Assembly: GCA_946965045.2 (NCBI GenBank)
Contig: OX337241.1
Span: 1,612,001-1,676,000 of the forward strand
DNA from: Epithemia pelagica
Lineage: Eukaryota; Protista; Bacillariophyta
Direction: 5' to 3'
Length of the DNA: 64,000 nucleotides
Below the pieces are notes generated by a model, which was given only the letters and a program-made list of their open reading frames with translations, was not told where the DNA came from and did no database searches. This document shows positions 43,317 through 53,570 of the stretch, one piece after another (the first letter of the stretch is position 1; each line of letters begins with the position of its first letter). Made by a program: the position numbers and the translations under genes.

Positions 43317-44179
43317 CGATTGCGGGGGTACCTCCCGTCTGCTGTTCATACGGTTATTCCCAAATTTTCCTAAAAAATGTAAAAATTATTTCTTTCAAAT
43401 TTCTTTTGATTTAGCACATTATTATAACGTCCAAGCCAACTGTAATAACTGGCTTCGCCCTATTGTGTAGCTGCTTGCGCTCATGAATGGGAAACAGGAA
43501 CCGTGAGCCGTGAGACTTGACAAGACATATGCACAGAGAAATCTACAAGCCCATTTTTGGCTTGCTCGTCGAATTCGTCGTCGGTTGCGTCGAGAGGTTC
43601 CGGCGATCCATCGTCCTGGTGATGGTGGCGGCGGCGATGGTAATCGAGAACATCGACGAGTTGTCAATCGTGCCGAGCTTTGCGATTCTATGGTACAACA
43701 TTGGTGGAGACGAATGCGAATGGAATCGGGAGGAACCGTCTTGAATGTCGGATCCTGCGCTGGATCCAGCTTGCCCGGACGGAACCCCTTCTGTCAAACC
43801 TTCGCTTCATCATTGCAGTGGTTGATGGTTCATTGCAGTGGTTGATTGTCATGTTTCATGTTGTCATCCTTCCTTTGCTGCATTCCGCCTTCACTTGTGA
43901 TCTAGGTGGATGGTTTTGGCCAAAAAGTTGTCACTGTGGTCGTTCGTACGGCTGGATGGTTTTCTTTTGGTTTTTGGTGTGCTCATGCTCGTCTTTTGTG
44001 GTGTTCGAAAAGTGAGACGATTCCTGGCCCTTGTGCCAGCAATACAAGGCGTGACCGGCGCGTCTATTCCGAACGATCGAAGTGAGGCTGGCGATATCAC
44101 CCGGCTGGCGCTTAGTGAAAAAATACGAGACAATTTTTTCCTTTCGGATGACGGACGAACAAAGGTACCCCCCCAATCG
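43317..44179. mobile_element. Candidate non-autonomous DNA transposon (MITE-like, ~0.87 kb)
   Basis: CGATTGCGGGGGTACCT (43317-43333) versus AGGTACCCCCCCAATCG (44163-44179): inverted, 16/17 match. The segment is absent from the paralogous site at 39636-39661. No clear TSD. Confidence 0.55.
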
Positions 44180-44389
44180 CACCCTTTTCTAAGCCGTCAA
44201 GTTACGTGATCGCTGGAATGTGCGATTCGCGCGGCATTTGAATGGAGAAAACCGAAAACCGTTGGAATTCGTTCCAACGTTGGTCCCCAACCCGGCTCCA
44301 CAATTTGAGCACACAACGAACACAAACACAGCACTTCAAGAAAAATATAATTGTCAACCAAGCCATGTCAAGATAGAGAAGAAAGCATC

Positions 44390-47300
44390 ATGATTCGATC
44401 AAGCATTGACTATTACGGTTCCTTTAGTTTACTTCTACTATTTATCTCTTCAAGAACAGATGCCTCCGGAGTGCCGTCTTGTGGTTATGAGTTTATCAAT
44501 GGTGATTTTCAATACACCTGTGGTGGTGGTGGTAATACTGGCGGAGGGACAACCCCATCCATTGGCCCGACACTATCTCCCTTGTCGATAACGTCGTCCC
44601 CTACTGCTGTGCCATCCCCGTCTCCCTCAAGGAACCCCACTTGGGTGCCTTTGAACCAAGACGAAATTACAGGACTTCCAACACTGGCCCCCAACAATGC
44701 TTTCGAACCAACCAGAATACCAACACCCACTCCATCCAGCAACAACAGTCCGTCTCCAACGAACGGTCCAGTTCAAGGCGTTACACCAACGACTGGACCA
44801 TCCACGCAAACAACCTTGGAGCCTACCGTGACACCGTCTCGCATACCGACGAATCTTTCTCCGTCACATGCTCCCACTCTCTCTCCAATCCTGACCAACG
44901 TCACGACAATCTCACCGACGTTGGTCCCGGTGGAGTCTCCGACGAAGGAACCCTCCCAGTTGCAAACGACCGTGCCCCCCGTGTCGTCCAGTTCCCCAAC
45001 TGGACCCTTCACCGAACCCCAAGGACTCACTTCGTCTCCCTCTTCCAGTCCCTTGGTGACACCCACAATAGGTTTGACCCTCCCGCCAACAACCTTGCCA
45101 TCAGCTCGTCCTACTGTGAGACCAACGACTCTAACCGACAGTCCTTCGACGGGAAGTAATGGTTTCACATCTTCGCCGACAACGGTGGAATCCACGACGG
45201 AACCCAGTGCAGCACCCACCCGAGGACCATCCCAGATTAGTGGACAAACCGAGACACCGTCTACCCTACAACCGACCCTTGGAGGCATCAGTCCCACAGC
45301 ACCTTCTTCTTCATTGAACCCAACGAACCGTCCAGTGACGACAGGTCCCTCTCCTGTGTCTGTCTCTCAACTGACCGCGGCTCCGACGGATTTAGCACAA
45401 GTCACAGGGACGCCATCGTCCCCCACTAGCCAGTCGTTGCCTCCCACGTCTCTTTTGACAACCACGCCACCCACCATTGCTCCAACACCCTCTCCCTCCG
45501 TATTACCTTCGATGGTACCGTCGGCTTCGCCATCCATTTCACCTTCTTCAACACCGTCAGGAACGCCATCAGCATTACCGACAGCATCTCCTTCCAGTGC
45601 TCCCTCAGCGACACCAGAAAGTCCTCCATCAATATTACCGACAGCATCACCATCGAATTCTCCTGGAAACTCTTCATCAGCACCAACACCTACCAACCCA
45701 TTGACGACAAGCTCTCCGTCTCGAGCAAATCCAACCCTGGTACCCGTCAACGAAGACGAGGTTACATTGCAACCCTCAACATCTGGTTCGGTCACAGGTA
45801 TGCCTACCGCTCAACCGGCAGTAGGTATAACAGAAAGTCCATCGATAAGTCCAACTACGGCACCATCTACCGAGCTTACAACAGGACAGCCCTCAACATC
45901 TGGCCCAGCGACAGGTGCACCTTCTAGTATACCGGTGGTTGGGCCCACCACAAGTCCATCGGCGAATCCATCGTCCGCACCCTTTGATCAAGACAGTGTC
46001 ACTGTTCCACCCACACCATCCGTTTCAGCGACAGGTGCACCTTCTCGTCCACCGGTGGATGGGCCCACCACAAGTCCATCTGCGAATCCATCGTCCGCAC
46101 CCTTTGATCAAGATAGTGTCACTGTTGCACCCACACCATCCGTTTCAGCGACAGGTGCACCTTCTCGTCCACCAGTGGTTGGGCCTACCACAAGTCCATC
46201 GGCGAATCCATCATCAGCACCCTTCGATCAAGACAGTGTCACTGTTCCACCCACACCATCCGTTTTTACAACCGGTGCGCCTACGGTGCTCGGTCAAACA
46301 ACGGCAATCCCTTCCGTCCTATCTCCTTCGACCACGACTCAGTTCCCATCCGTATCTCCATCTAGCGGTGTTCCTTTCGCGGCAATTCCTACAGCAACAC
46401 CATTCAATCAAGGGTCAATCACAACGGGTCCGACAATTAGTCCTTCCAGCTCTTCTCCTGCAGTTTCAGTTTCTATACCGCCATCTTCACTGCCTTCCAT
46501 CGAACCGTCTTTGGCTCCCGCTTCAAACGAAACGAGAATTCCATCATTTACGCCTACAAGCTCTTCTCCTGCGGTTTTGGTTTCCATCTTGCCATCGTCA
46601 CTGCCCTCCACCGAACCGTCCTTGGCTCCTGCTTCGAACGTAACAGGAATTCCATCAATGACAACCACTAGCCAACCATCTCTGTCTCCCTCGTTGACAG
46701 TGTCAATCGTACCAGCATCTGTTCTGCCAACCGCTCCTTCAGATGAACCGTCGTCTTTGCCCTCCTGGTCTCCTCCTGTATCTCTTGCACCAGGGACGAC
46801 AAATGTACCAACTGCTATCCCATCTTCGCCATTTCCGTCCGAAACTGCATCACCAACCATTGGACCGTCTCCTGTGACCTTATCGAAACAACCAACAACA
46901 AGTCCATCAGCTAAAAGGGGCTCTGTTGAACCTACGGCTCTGTTGCCATCTTTTCGGCCTTCCACTGTCACAACGGATGTAACGCCGATACCCACTTCAA
47001 GTCCAAGTTCATTGGACATTGAAACGTCCGAGTGGCCATGCGGAATAACACCACAGGAACGAGAAATTTCGATTGTGACTAGGATATCGATTGAATACGA
47101 AAGTGCAACTGTCTTTGGTATCTCGTCCAGTCCTCAGTATCGGGCACTGGATTGGCTCGTTGAGACCGATCCAGCGTACATTTGTCCCGGAGTGAACAAC
47201 ACCGTGAATCTTATTCAGCGCTACGTTCTGGGAGTTTTGTACTTTGAAACGGGGGGAGATTCATGGACTTCTTGTTCGGCGGGGAGCCAAACTGGGTGTG

Positions 47301-47881
47301 ACGACGACCCATTTTTCAGTGCTAGCAATGAATGCTTATGGGAAGGCATTCTCTGCGACTTTGATGGCCATATTAGAGGGATTCATCTGGCCAAGAACAA
47401 CCTTGAAGGAACTATTCCATGGGAACTCAGTTTGCTGGTTGACCTTGAAGAGATTGTCATGGATGACAACAAACTCTCTGGTTCGATTCCATCAGAACTG
47501 GGAAGTCTTTCAGCTTTAAAAGTTGTGGATCTTGACAATAACCAATTGACAGGCAATCTCCCATCAGAACTTTTTGACGCGACTGAGTTACGAGTTTTGG
47601 ATTTGGACACAAATTCCTTGGATGGAACCATATCTACGCTTTTTGGACAGCTTACGAATCTTTACTTTCTTCAACTGGACCGAAATGGTTTTACGGGCGT
47701 TTTACCAACCACGCAACTTGGCAACTTGCCCAATTTAAGATATCTTACGTTGTTTTCTAACGATTTATCGGGGACAATATCGGGAGAACTCTGCACGAAA
47801 GAAATCACGCTGTATGCCGATTGTGACGTTTGTGCTGTGCAATCCAATTCGGACTGCTGTACTACATGTCTCAACAGTTAA
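44390..47881 (+). CDS. Secreted mucin-stalk LRR protein, paralog of 29940..39224
   Basis: Signal peptide, SCGYEF..DFQYTC N-terminal motif shared with gene 1, P/T/S stalk, QRYVLGVLY cap and LRRs with stretches identical to gene 1 (LRVLDLDTNSLDGTISTLFGQLTNLYFLQLDRN). Confidence 0.9.
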   Translation: MIRSSIDYYGSFSLLLLFISSRTDASGVPSCGYEFINGDFQYTCGGGGNTGGGTTPSIGPTLSPLSITSSPTAVPSPSPSRNPTWVPLNQDEITGLPTLAPNNAFEPTRIPTPTPSSNNSPSPTNGPVQGVTPTTGPSTQTTLEPTVTPSRIPTNLSPSHAPTLSPILTNVTTISPTLVPVESPTKEPSQLQTTVPPVSSSSPTGPFTEPQGLTSSPSSSPLVTPTIGLTLPPTTLPSARPTVRPTTLTDSPSTGSNGFTSSPTTVESTTEPSAAPTRGPSQISGQTETPSTLQPTLGGISPTAPSSSLNPTNRPVTTGPSPVSVSQLTAAPTDLAQVTGTPSSPTSQSLPPTSLLTTTPPTIAPTPSPSVLPSMVPSASPSISPSSTPSGTPSALPTASPSSAPSATPESPPSILPTASPSNSPGNSSSAPTPTNPLTTSSPSRANPTLVPVNEDEVTLQPSTSGSVTGMPTAQPAVGITESPSISPTTAPSTELTTGQPSTSGPATGAPSSIPVVGPTTSPSANPSSAPFDQDSVTVPPTPSVSATGAPSRPPVDGPTTSPSANPSSAPFDQDSVTVAPTPSVSATGAPSRPPVVGPTTSPSANPSSAPFDQDSVTVPPTPSVFTTGAPTVLGQTTAIPSVLSPSTTTQFPSVSPSSGVPFAAIPTATPFNQGSITTGPTISPSSSSPAVSVSIPPSSLPSIEPSLAPASNETRIPSFTPTSSSPAVLVSILPSSLPSTEPSLAPASNVTGIPSMTTTSQPSLSPSLTVSIVPASVLPTAPSDEPSSLPSWSPPVSLAPGTTNVPTAIPSSPFPSETASPTIGPSPVTLSKQPTTSPSAKRGSVEPTALLPSFRPSTVTTDVTPIPTSSPSSLDIETSEWPCGITPQEREISIVTRISIEYESATVFGISSSPQYRALDWLVETDPAYICPGVNNTVNLIQRYVLGVLYFETGGDSWTSCSAGSQTGCDDDPFFSASNECLWEGILCDFDGHIRGIHLAKNNLEGTIPWELSLLVDLEEIVMDDNKLSGSIPSELGSLSALKVVDLDNNQLTGNLPSELFDATELRVLDLDTNSLDGTISTLFGQLTNLYFLQLDRNGFTGVLPTTQLGNLPNLRYLTLFSNDLSGTISGELCTKEITLYADCDVCAVQSNSDCCTTCLNS
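45900..46280 (+). repeat. 120-bp (40-aa) coding tandem repeat, about 3 copies
   Basis: GCGACAGGTGCACCT at 45908, 46028 and 46148. Confidence 0.9.
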
Positions 47882-48036
47882 GCACGAAGTTCTTGGCACT
47901 AGAGTTAATAAAATCACGTAATAGATCTTATTCTACATCGCTGAAAGGCATCCTATTGGATCTGAATCCAACCATTACTTGTCCATCATTACCGTTTACA
48001 AGCGTGGATTCGTAAAACGAGAGACACTACCAAGTA

Positions 48037-48534
48037 TCATGTTTCCGTTATTGCTGACATTTCGTCATTCAGTTCTTGTAATACAACTTCATTTCCGGTG
48101 AGATGAAGTCGTACGGGATTCTGTGGTATATTCATAACCTCTGCATACATTTCTCGCATTTGATTTTCCGTAACAGTCACACCAAGTTTTTCCGAAAGCA
48201 TGATTGCGGCTCTCTTGAAATCTGGGCCTGTTGTGTTGCTGACATCTTCTTTATTTGCCGACTTTTGGCCTGATTCTTCCTCCGGTCTGTTTGGTGGCTC
48301 TTCTCCCATTTGGCGTTTGCGTTGAAAGCAGTCATGTGCATCTGAATGGACCATGGACCGTAGCTGAGAGGGACGAGTCACGTCGTTGTGATAAGGACCT
48401 CCATGGGATGGCTCTGTATAGGAAGGATTCGAATCGGATTGCGTCGTACTGAGTTCCACCGTGTCATTGTTGCCATACTCCCTCAACCAACTAGAAACCC
48501 CACTTACTGTGGAATCGTTCCAGGTATTCGACAT
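48037..48534 (-). CDS. Hypothetical protein (165 aa)
   Basis: ATG-started ORF with no recognised domain. Confidence 0.4.
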   Translation of the reverse strand: MSNTWNDSTVSGVSSWLREYGNNDTVELSTTQSDSNPSYTEPSHGGPYHNDVTRPSQLRSMVHSDAHDCFQRKRQMGEEPPNRPEEESGQKSANKEDVSNTTGPDFKRAAIMLSEKLGVTVTENQMREMYAEVMNIPQNPVRLHLTGNEVVLQELNDEMSAITET

Positions 48535-48930
48535 GTCCCAATGAATCCGGATGAAAACCCAGCAAATTCACAAAGATGTTTGCTCCCTTTGTCTTGATGT
48601 GTACCTCGGTCAACGACGTGTCGTTGCACCTCTATTATCAGCAGATATATCGACAACGAAGCGAGTGTGCGCGGCTTATTCAGTTATTCAGTAGTTCTCA
48701 TCGTCTGTTTGTGGTAGATATCTTTCTTTGTGGGCCATGTCCCCAGCTCTAGCTATAGTTCGGAACTATCGCCGACAGATTCTAAAAGGCACATGTGGAC
48801 TCCACGTGTCGTACACGATGGTTTCACTATATATGTAACAGACTAAATGGAAGCTTGGATTCCTTCCTCCTTGCAAGAGGAGGCCTTTTTTGAAGGTGAA
48901 GAGAAGGCACAAGCAACACGAAGAAAACTC

Positions 48931-50151
48931 TCAAGCTGTGACAGCTTCCTCATTGGGTACGAATCCGCTGTCGTCTTGTTCCGGGTCGCTTTGCCCATTG
49001 TTGGCTCCGCTGTTGTCCACCTGATCGTCGCTGCTGTTGTTGTTGTTGAAACGGGAACTTTTGGTGCGAACTCGTAGGATGACGAGCACCAGGAGGACTC
49101 CTACAATCAATCCCACCACACCGGAAATACCTGCGGCAGCGGCCTTTTCGAGGCCTCCTCCATCGGAAGAAGATGAAGACGCCGAAAAAGATCCCGAAGG
49201 TCCCAAAGGCTGGGGTACCGACGACTCATCGCTCGACCCGTTGGAAGGTGGGCGATAGTTGGTTTTACTGGGTAGGTTCAAGTTGCCGTCCTCGCGACAG
49301 AGGCGACAATCCAAGCCAGGCCCATAGGGGGAATGCAAGACATGGTATGGGACAAACACCTCGTCGGCCGCACACGCATCTTGGGTAACGGCACAAAAGT
49401 ACTGCTGCCCGGTCATGCAAGCGCCTGTCTGTACTTGATCGCACGTGCACGTGCTAAACATGCTGACGGGATAACCCACCATGGTGACTTCTTGGCCTTG
49501 CGGTGTTTCCCATGGGTTGCAATCGAGAATGTCCCAAACGCAGTATTCCTTGCCGTACAGGTAACCTTCGGTATCGCGTTTGCACTTGGGGTACAAGGTC
49601 TTGAGGGGACTACCGAGGGCATCGACGCGGGTGGTATCAATTTCGAGATTGCACGTGTTGTCGTGCAGCGAGAATCGATCAGCCACGGTACATCCGGTGG
49701 CGTGACTGGTGCACTGACGTTGATCAATGTCGGCCAAGCATCGTCCACCAGCCGACAATTCCGCCATGGGTAAGGCCAAGCAAATCACGCCTGGATTGGA
49801 AGTGTCCGACGCCGCATGCAACTGAGCGCTGCTAAAAAAGGTAAAGGGAGTGCCGTTTCTGCTCGTACTGGGGCAAGCACTGGCTTCCAAGGCACAAACA
49901 ACCTCTTGGCTGGATACACACGCACCCGGACTCACGTAGCGACGGCCTGATTGTTGTTGTTGGCTCATGTTGTTGTTGTTCCTGACAAGATACAGATTCT
50001 TGGTGGCTGTTGGGCGGATTTGTAAAAGAATGTAAGCCTCTTCATTTTGCACAGATGAATCCACAAACTGAAAAGAGATCCGGTGCAGATGGCACCACAA
50101 AATCAATAATAAGGCAACAACAATGAGGCAAAGAGAAAAAGATCGGCGCAT
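48931..50151 (-). CDS. Cys-rich type I membrane protein
   Basis: Signal-like N-terminus, repeated GxC...C(A/T)...C modules, Ser-rich linker, TM helix AGISGVVGLIVGVLLVLVIL and short acidic tail. Confidence 0.75.
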   Translation of the reverse strand: MRRSFSLCLIVVALLLILWCHLHRISFQFVDSSVQNEEAYILLQIRPTATKNLYLVRNNNNMSQQQQSGRRYVSPGACVSSQEVVCALEASACPSTSRNGTPFTFFSSAQLHAASDTSNPGVICLALPMAELSAGGRCLADIDQRQCTSHATGCTVADRFSLHDNTCNLEIDTTRVDALGSPLKTLYPKCKRDTEGYLYGKEYCVWDILDCNPWETPQGQEVTMVGYPVSMFSTCTCDQVQTGACMTGQQYFCAVTQDACAADEVFVPYHVLHSPYGPGLDCRLCREDGNLNLPSKTNYRPPSNGSSDESSVPQPLGPSGSFSASSSSSDGGGLEKAAAAGISGVVGLIVGVLLVLVILRVRTKSSRFNNNNSSDDQVDNSGANNGQSDPEQDDSGFVPNEEAVTA

Positions 50152-50522
50152 CCCACCACGTGACGGCGCCTGTCTGCCACGGGACTCAGTCCTCCCGTCT
50201 GGCCAGATCGAATTCCCTCATAAAACAAAACATGCACACCAAGAGTCTGATGAAACAAATAATTGTCCAAATACACTCTATTCCTCACAGCCTTTTCTAG
50301 AAGATTCAGAGAACTATTGAACCCATACCCATGTTTCATCGATTGCTGCAAGCACGAGCCTGCAGCGTGCTTGTTGACAGCTGGTGAAATCTTCGAAAGA
50401 TGCTTTAAATTCTTCAAAAGATGCGGCGAGTGAGGTGGCCACTAAACAAGGCTTTGTGAAAAGGATACATAAAAAGATACGGCATTCTTTTGGGAAGACA
50501 GCACCACCATACTTATCGGATC

Positions 50523-51935
50523 ATGACCATGTCTTCTTCCTCCCCGGCCGATGCTGCAACGGCGGCAATTTGGCTCTTGGTTCTTCAGAGCCTTGTCCGT
50601 GGTGTTTGCGCGGGTACATTTACCGACGATCTTGGAGAGACCTTTGATCTTGCCCCCAATTCCAAGCTCATTGTCCGAGCCAACTACGCCCTGTCCTTGT
50701 TCCACATGGGTCTACCGGCTGAAAACTTGGTGGCTACCTACGGCAATTGGATCATTCGCGGTGGTGATGGGTCCACCACAGCGTCCAATGCCAATACCTT
50801 GTACTCGGCGGTTGAACCTACCGGAGAGGATTTGGACTTTCTGAGAAGCAGCACCAACCTCCGTCCGACCTGCTTTGACGACAACACCAGCTGCAACGAG
50901 ATTGGCTATGGAATTCTGGAACAAACCAATACCGAGGCAGACTTTTTTGTCCTCATTGCCAATGGCTTTTACCAAAAGGAGATTTACGCCGAAATGGCCT
51001 CTCGAAACATTCCCGTCATTTTTATTGATACGGCCGCCGAAGCAAACTGTCGCACCGACCAAAGCGGCTCTCCGCCCGACGACGCGACGGAAGTCTTTAA
51101 TGAACATGTTCGTACGGAACAGTGCCGAGGACGCTCTTCCATTGACGTCATTAATCGCAAGTACGACCTTCTGCAAGCCATGGGTTTGCCCATCACCCAA
51201 CAAGCTCAACAAGACCATCAAGCCTTGTGCAACGCGGCGCAGACCTTTTCCAACGCGGCGCAGGCGGCCCGCAACAAGGGGATTCGGGCCATGGCCGGTA
51301 CATTCTTTGTAGCGCAAGAGCCGTCCATTCTTCTTCGACCCATTCTTGAAATTCAAGTCTTGAGGACCCTTGAAGAATTGGGATTGCCCATGATCCATTT
51401 TGGATTATGTGATCATCAATTCTGCGACCTGGCTGGTGGTGGAACAGAGGCCTACCCTCGAAGCTTTTGGTTTTCCGACTGTATTGGGCAAGACTTGGCG
51501 GTTTGCACCTCTCGGAACACGGCGTACCCCGTTGACTTTTGGCTCATTGATACTCCCACATACCCGACGTCCCAAGATCAAGATGTCATTCGTCTCTTTC
51601 CCGACAAGGCGATGGAAGCTGATCAGGTGGCGTACTTTCCTCTAAACTTTGGATCCCTGTCGCCTCGAGCACTGGCCAGTTACCTCAACTATGTAACTGG
51701 CGAGTTGAATCAAGCGACGCGTGTCCACGCTGAAACTGCCTGTACGCCCAACGTGGATGTCACTTCCGATTCCCATACCAACTGGGCGTCGGGAGGTCTT
51801 GAGGGAGGACAGTTTGCCTGCTATGACGCGGATTTCCTCCAGTCGCTGTACTTGGACGAATGCGATGCTCCCCAGGTGAATGGAGCAGCCAATGTTCCTA
51901 GTCCTACTCCAGCCCCTACCCCACCCAGCAAATGA
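50523..51935 (+). CDS. Secreted periplasmic-binding-protein-fold protein (iron-siderophore/FBP1-like)
   Basis: Signal peptide, then TFTDDLGETF...LSLFHMGL, resembling the TxTDxxG start of class III substrate-binding proteins; IPVIFID motif; Pro/Thr linker at the end. The family call is from recalled motifs only. Confidence 0.5.
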   Translation: MTMSSSSPADAATAAIWLLVLQSLVRGVCAGTFTDDLGETFDLAPNSKLIVRANYALSLFHMGLPAENLVATYGNWIIRGGDGSTTASNANTLYSAVEPTGEDLDFLRSSTNLRPTCFDDNTSCNEIGYGILEQTNTEADFFVLIANGFYQKEIYAEMASRNIPVIFIDTAAEANCRTDQSGSPPDDATEVFNEHVRTEQCRGRSSIDVINRKYDLLQAMGLPITQQAQQDHQALCNAAQTFSNAAQAARNKGIRAMAGTFFVAQEPSILLRPILEIQVLRTLEELGLPMIHFGLCDHQFCDLAGGGTEAYPRSFWFSDCIGQDLAVCTSRNTAYPVDFWLIDTPTYPTSQDQDVIRLFPDKAMEADQVAYFPLNFGSLSPRALASYLNYVTGELNQATRVHAETACTPNVDVTSDSHTNWASGGLEGGQFACYDADFLQSLYLDECDAPQVNGAANVPSPTPAPTPPSK

Positions 51936-52685
51936 TCACAACGGCTAACATGGCCATTGCCATGACAATAGCACTGATGGCCAAATGGACCTTGTCTATG
52001 ATGTCATCCAATGTTAGTTCTCTCCCTCTCTTGACTCTCGTTGGGCTCGTATGGTAAATTGTGACGTCGTTGCTTACTGTAAGACGTGTTTATGAATGTT
52101 TGGGCTCCGCATCTGCTCCAGGGTTGGACGCCTGGCGAAAAACTGCACACTTTGTATCTTTGAAATAACCCATGGAGAATCATAATATTGTAGGGCAAGT
52201 ACGTAGGTAGAATGGAAGCATCTCGGTTTCGGTTGCCAGGAGGATACATAAATGGAGATGGATTCGTTTGGATTCTCTTCACTCTTGTGCGGTTGAGGGG
52301 AGGGACAATAGAGCACTCTGCTTCCAAAGAGCTCGTACGTAACTTGGTCGTCAGCTTTTGTCTATTGCCGTCCACAGCAGTGATTTGGATTGTCTCGTTT
52401 AGTTTCGATCGATACGGATCAAACACAAGGAACTCCTACCCCCAAGCGGAGGGGGAGTCATGAGTTTTCGTGACTCGCCTAGTTTTGTGCGTTCGTCGAA
52501 TGCTCTTTTTCTCTCATTCACGAAATCGTACGACTCACCCTCCGCTGGGGAATAGAGGACCCGAGAAAATAGTAGCCACGTAAGAACGATAATCGCGGAA
52601 GGGCGAGTCCTGGTTGATCGTGATTTGTGGTTTCCTCCAACGCACGCAGAAGAATTTTGCTGGATCCTGTTGTCGACAATTGACA

Positions 52686-53570
52686 ATGCCGAAGAAAGTC
52701 CATCGCTTCATGTCGTCCATGCGTTTTCATTTTTGGAGAGCTACATTACTGCTGGGTTTGTTGGTTGTTCGGTCGTCGTTGCTTCCACTCTCCCATTTCT
52801 CGTGTCAAGCATTGGTTGGCAGCAGTGTGACAAGCTACTCCTCGCTTAGAACAGTGTCATTGGTTGGGAGTCACAGTTCGTACAACCAGTCTCGAAGCCG
52901 GACCAAGAGTGTTGTTTCGAAAGCCACCAAGAAAATCATGGACTCTGTTGCTTCTCGACGTTTGATCACAAACAAAATGTGTCCCTTTGCCCAAAAAGCA
53001 TGGATCGCATTGGAGAAGACAAGCAACGAAGTGCCATACCAGCTGGAACAAATATCCTTGTATGGTCCAAACGGGAAGCCCAACTGGTTTTGGGAGCTCA
53101 ATCCTCAAGGAACCGTTCCGGTTCTGGTTTATAGGGGAGGTGATGACAAGGAGAATGTGGTGACCGATTCGGATTTGATCCTGACGGATATGGAGCAAGG
53201 AAAGGTTCCAGGTTGCCAATCATTGGTCCTTTCTTCACTGGACAGCAGGAGAGCGGATCGCGTTTCCAAATGGCGAAAGATCATGAACCAAAAAGTGTTG
53301 CCCCTGGGGAAAAAGGCAGTCTTTTCTGGATCCTTGTCGCCCCAGTTGCAAACAGTGCTGTCGGAACTGGATGCAGATGTGGTCGGTCCCTTTTTGACGG
53401 GAAATGTGTTTACCACGGCCGATTGTCATGCCTTTCCATTTCTATGGCGCATGCAACAAGAATTTGATTTGTCAGACTACCCCAATTTGGTCCAATGGAT
53501 ACATTACTGCGCCGACCAGGAACCCGCCGTTCGCAAAACAGTTCAATCGGCTTGGTGGTGGTGGTGGTAA
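52686..53570 (+). CDS. Glutathione S-transferase, omega/lambda/DHAR-like, with N-terminal targeting sequence
   Basis: MCPFAQKAWIAL, NPQGTVPVL, VTDSDLIL, GPFLTG..FTTADCHAFPFLWR and YPNLVQW motifs; ends WWWWW. Confidence 0.85.
   Translation: MPKKVHRFMSSMRFHFWRATLLLGLLVVRSSLLPLSHFSCQALVGSSVTSYSSLRTVSLVGSHSSYNQSRSRTKSVVSKATKKIMDSVASRRLITNKMCPFAQKAWIALEKTSNEVPYQLEQISLYGPNGKPNWFWELNPQGTVPVLVYRGGDDKENVVTDSDLILTDMEQGKVPGCQSLVLSSLDSRRADRVSKWRKIMNQKVLPLGKKAVFSGSLSPQLQTVLSELDADVVGPFLTGNVFTTADCHAFPFLWRMQQEFDLSDYPNLVQWIHYCADQEPAVRKTVQSAWWWWW

Noticed and set aside
43422-44209. Protein-coding gene inside the MITE-like segment
   Set aside because: Only short ORFs in several frames with no recognisable motif; the most protein-like frame is interrupted by a stop.
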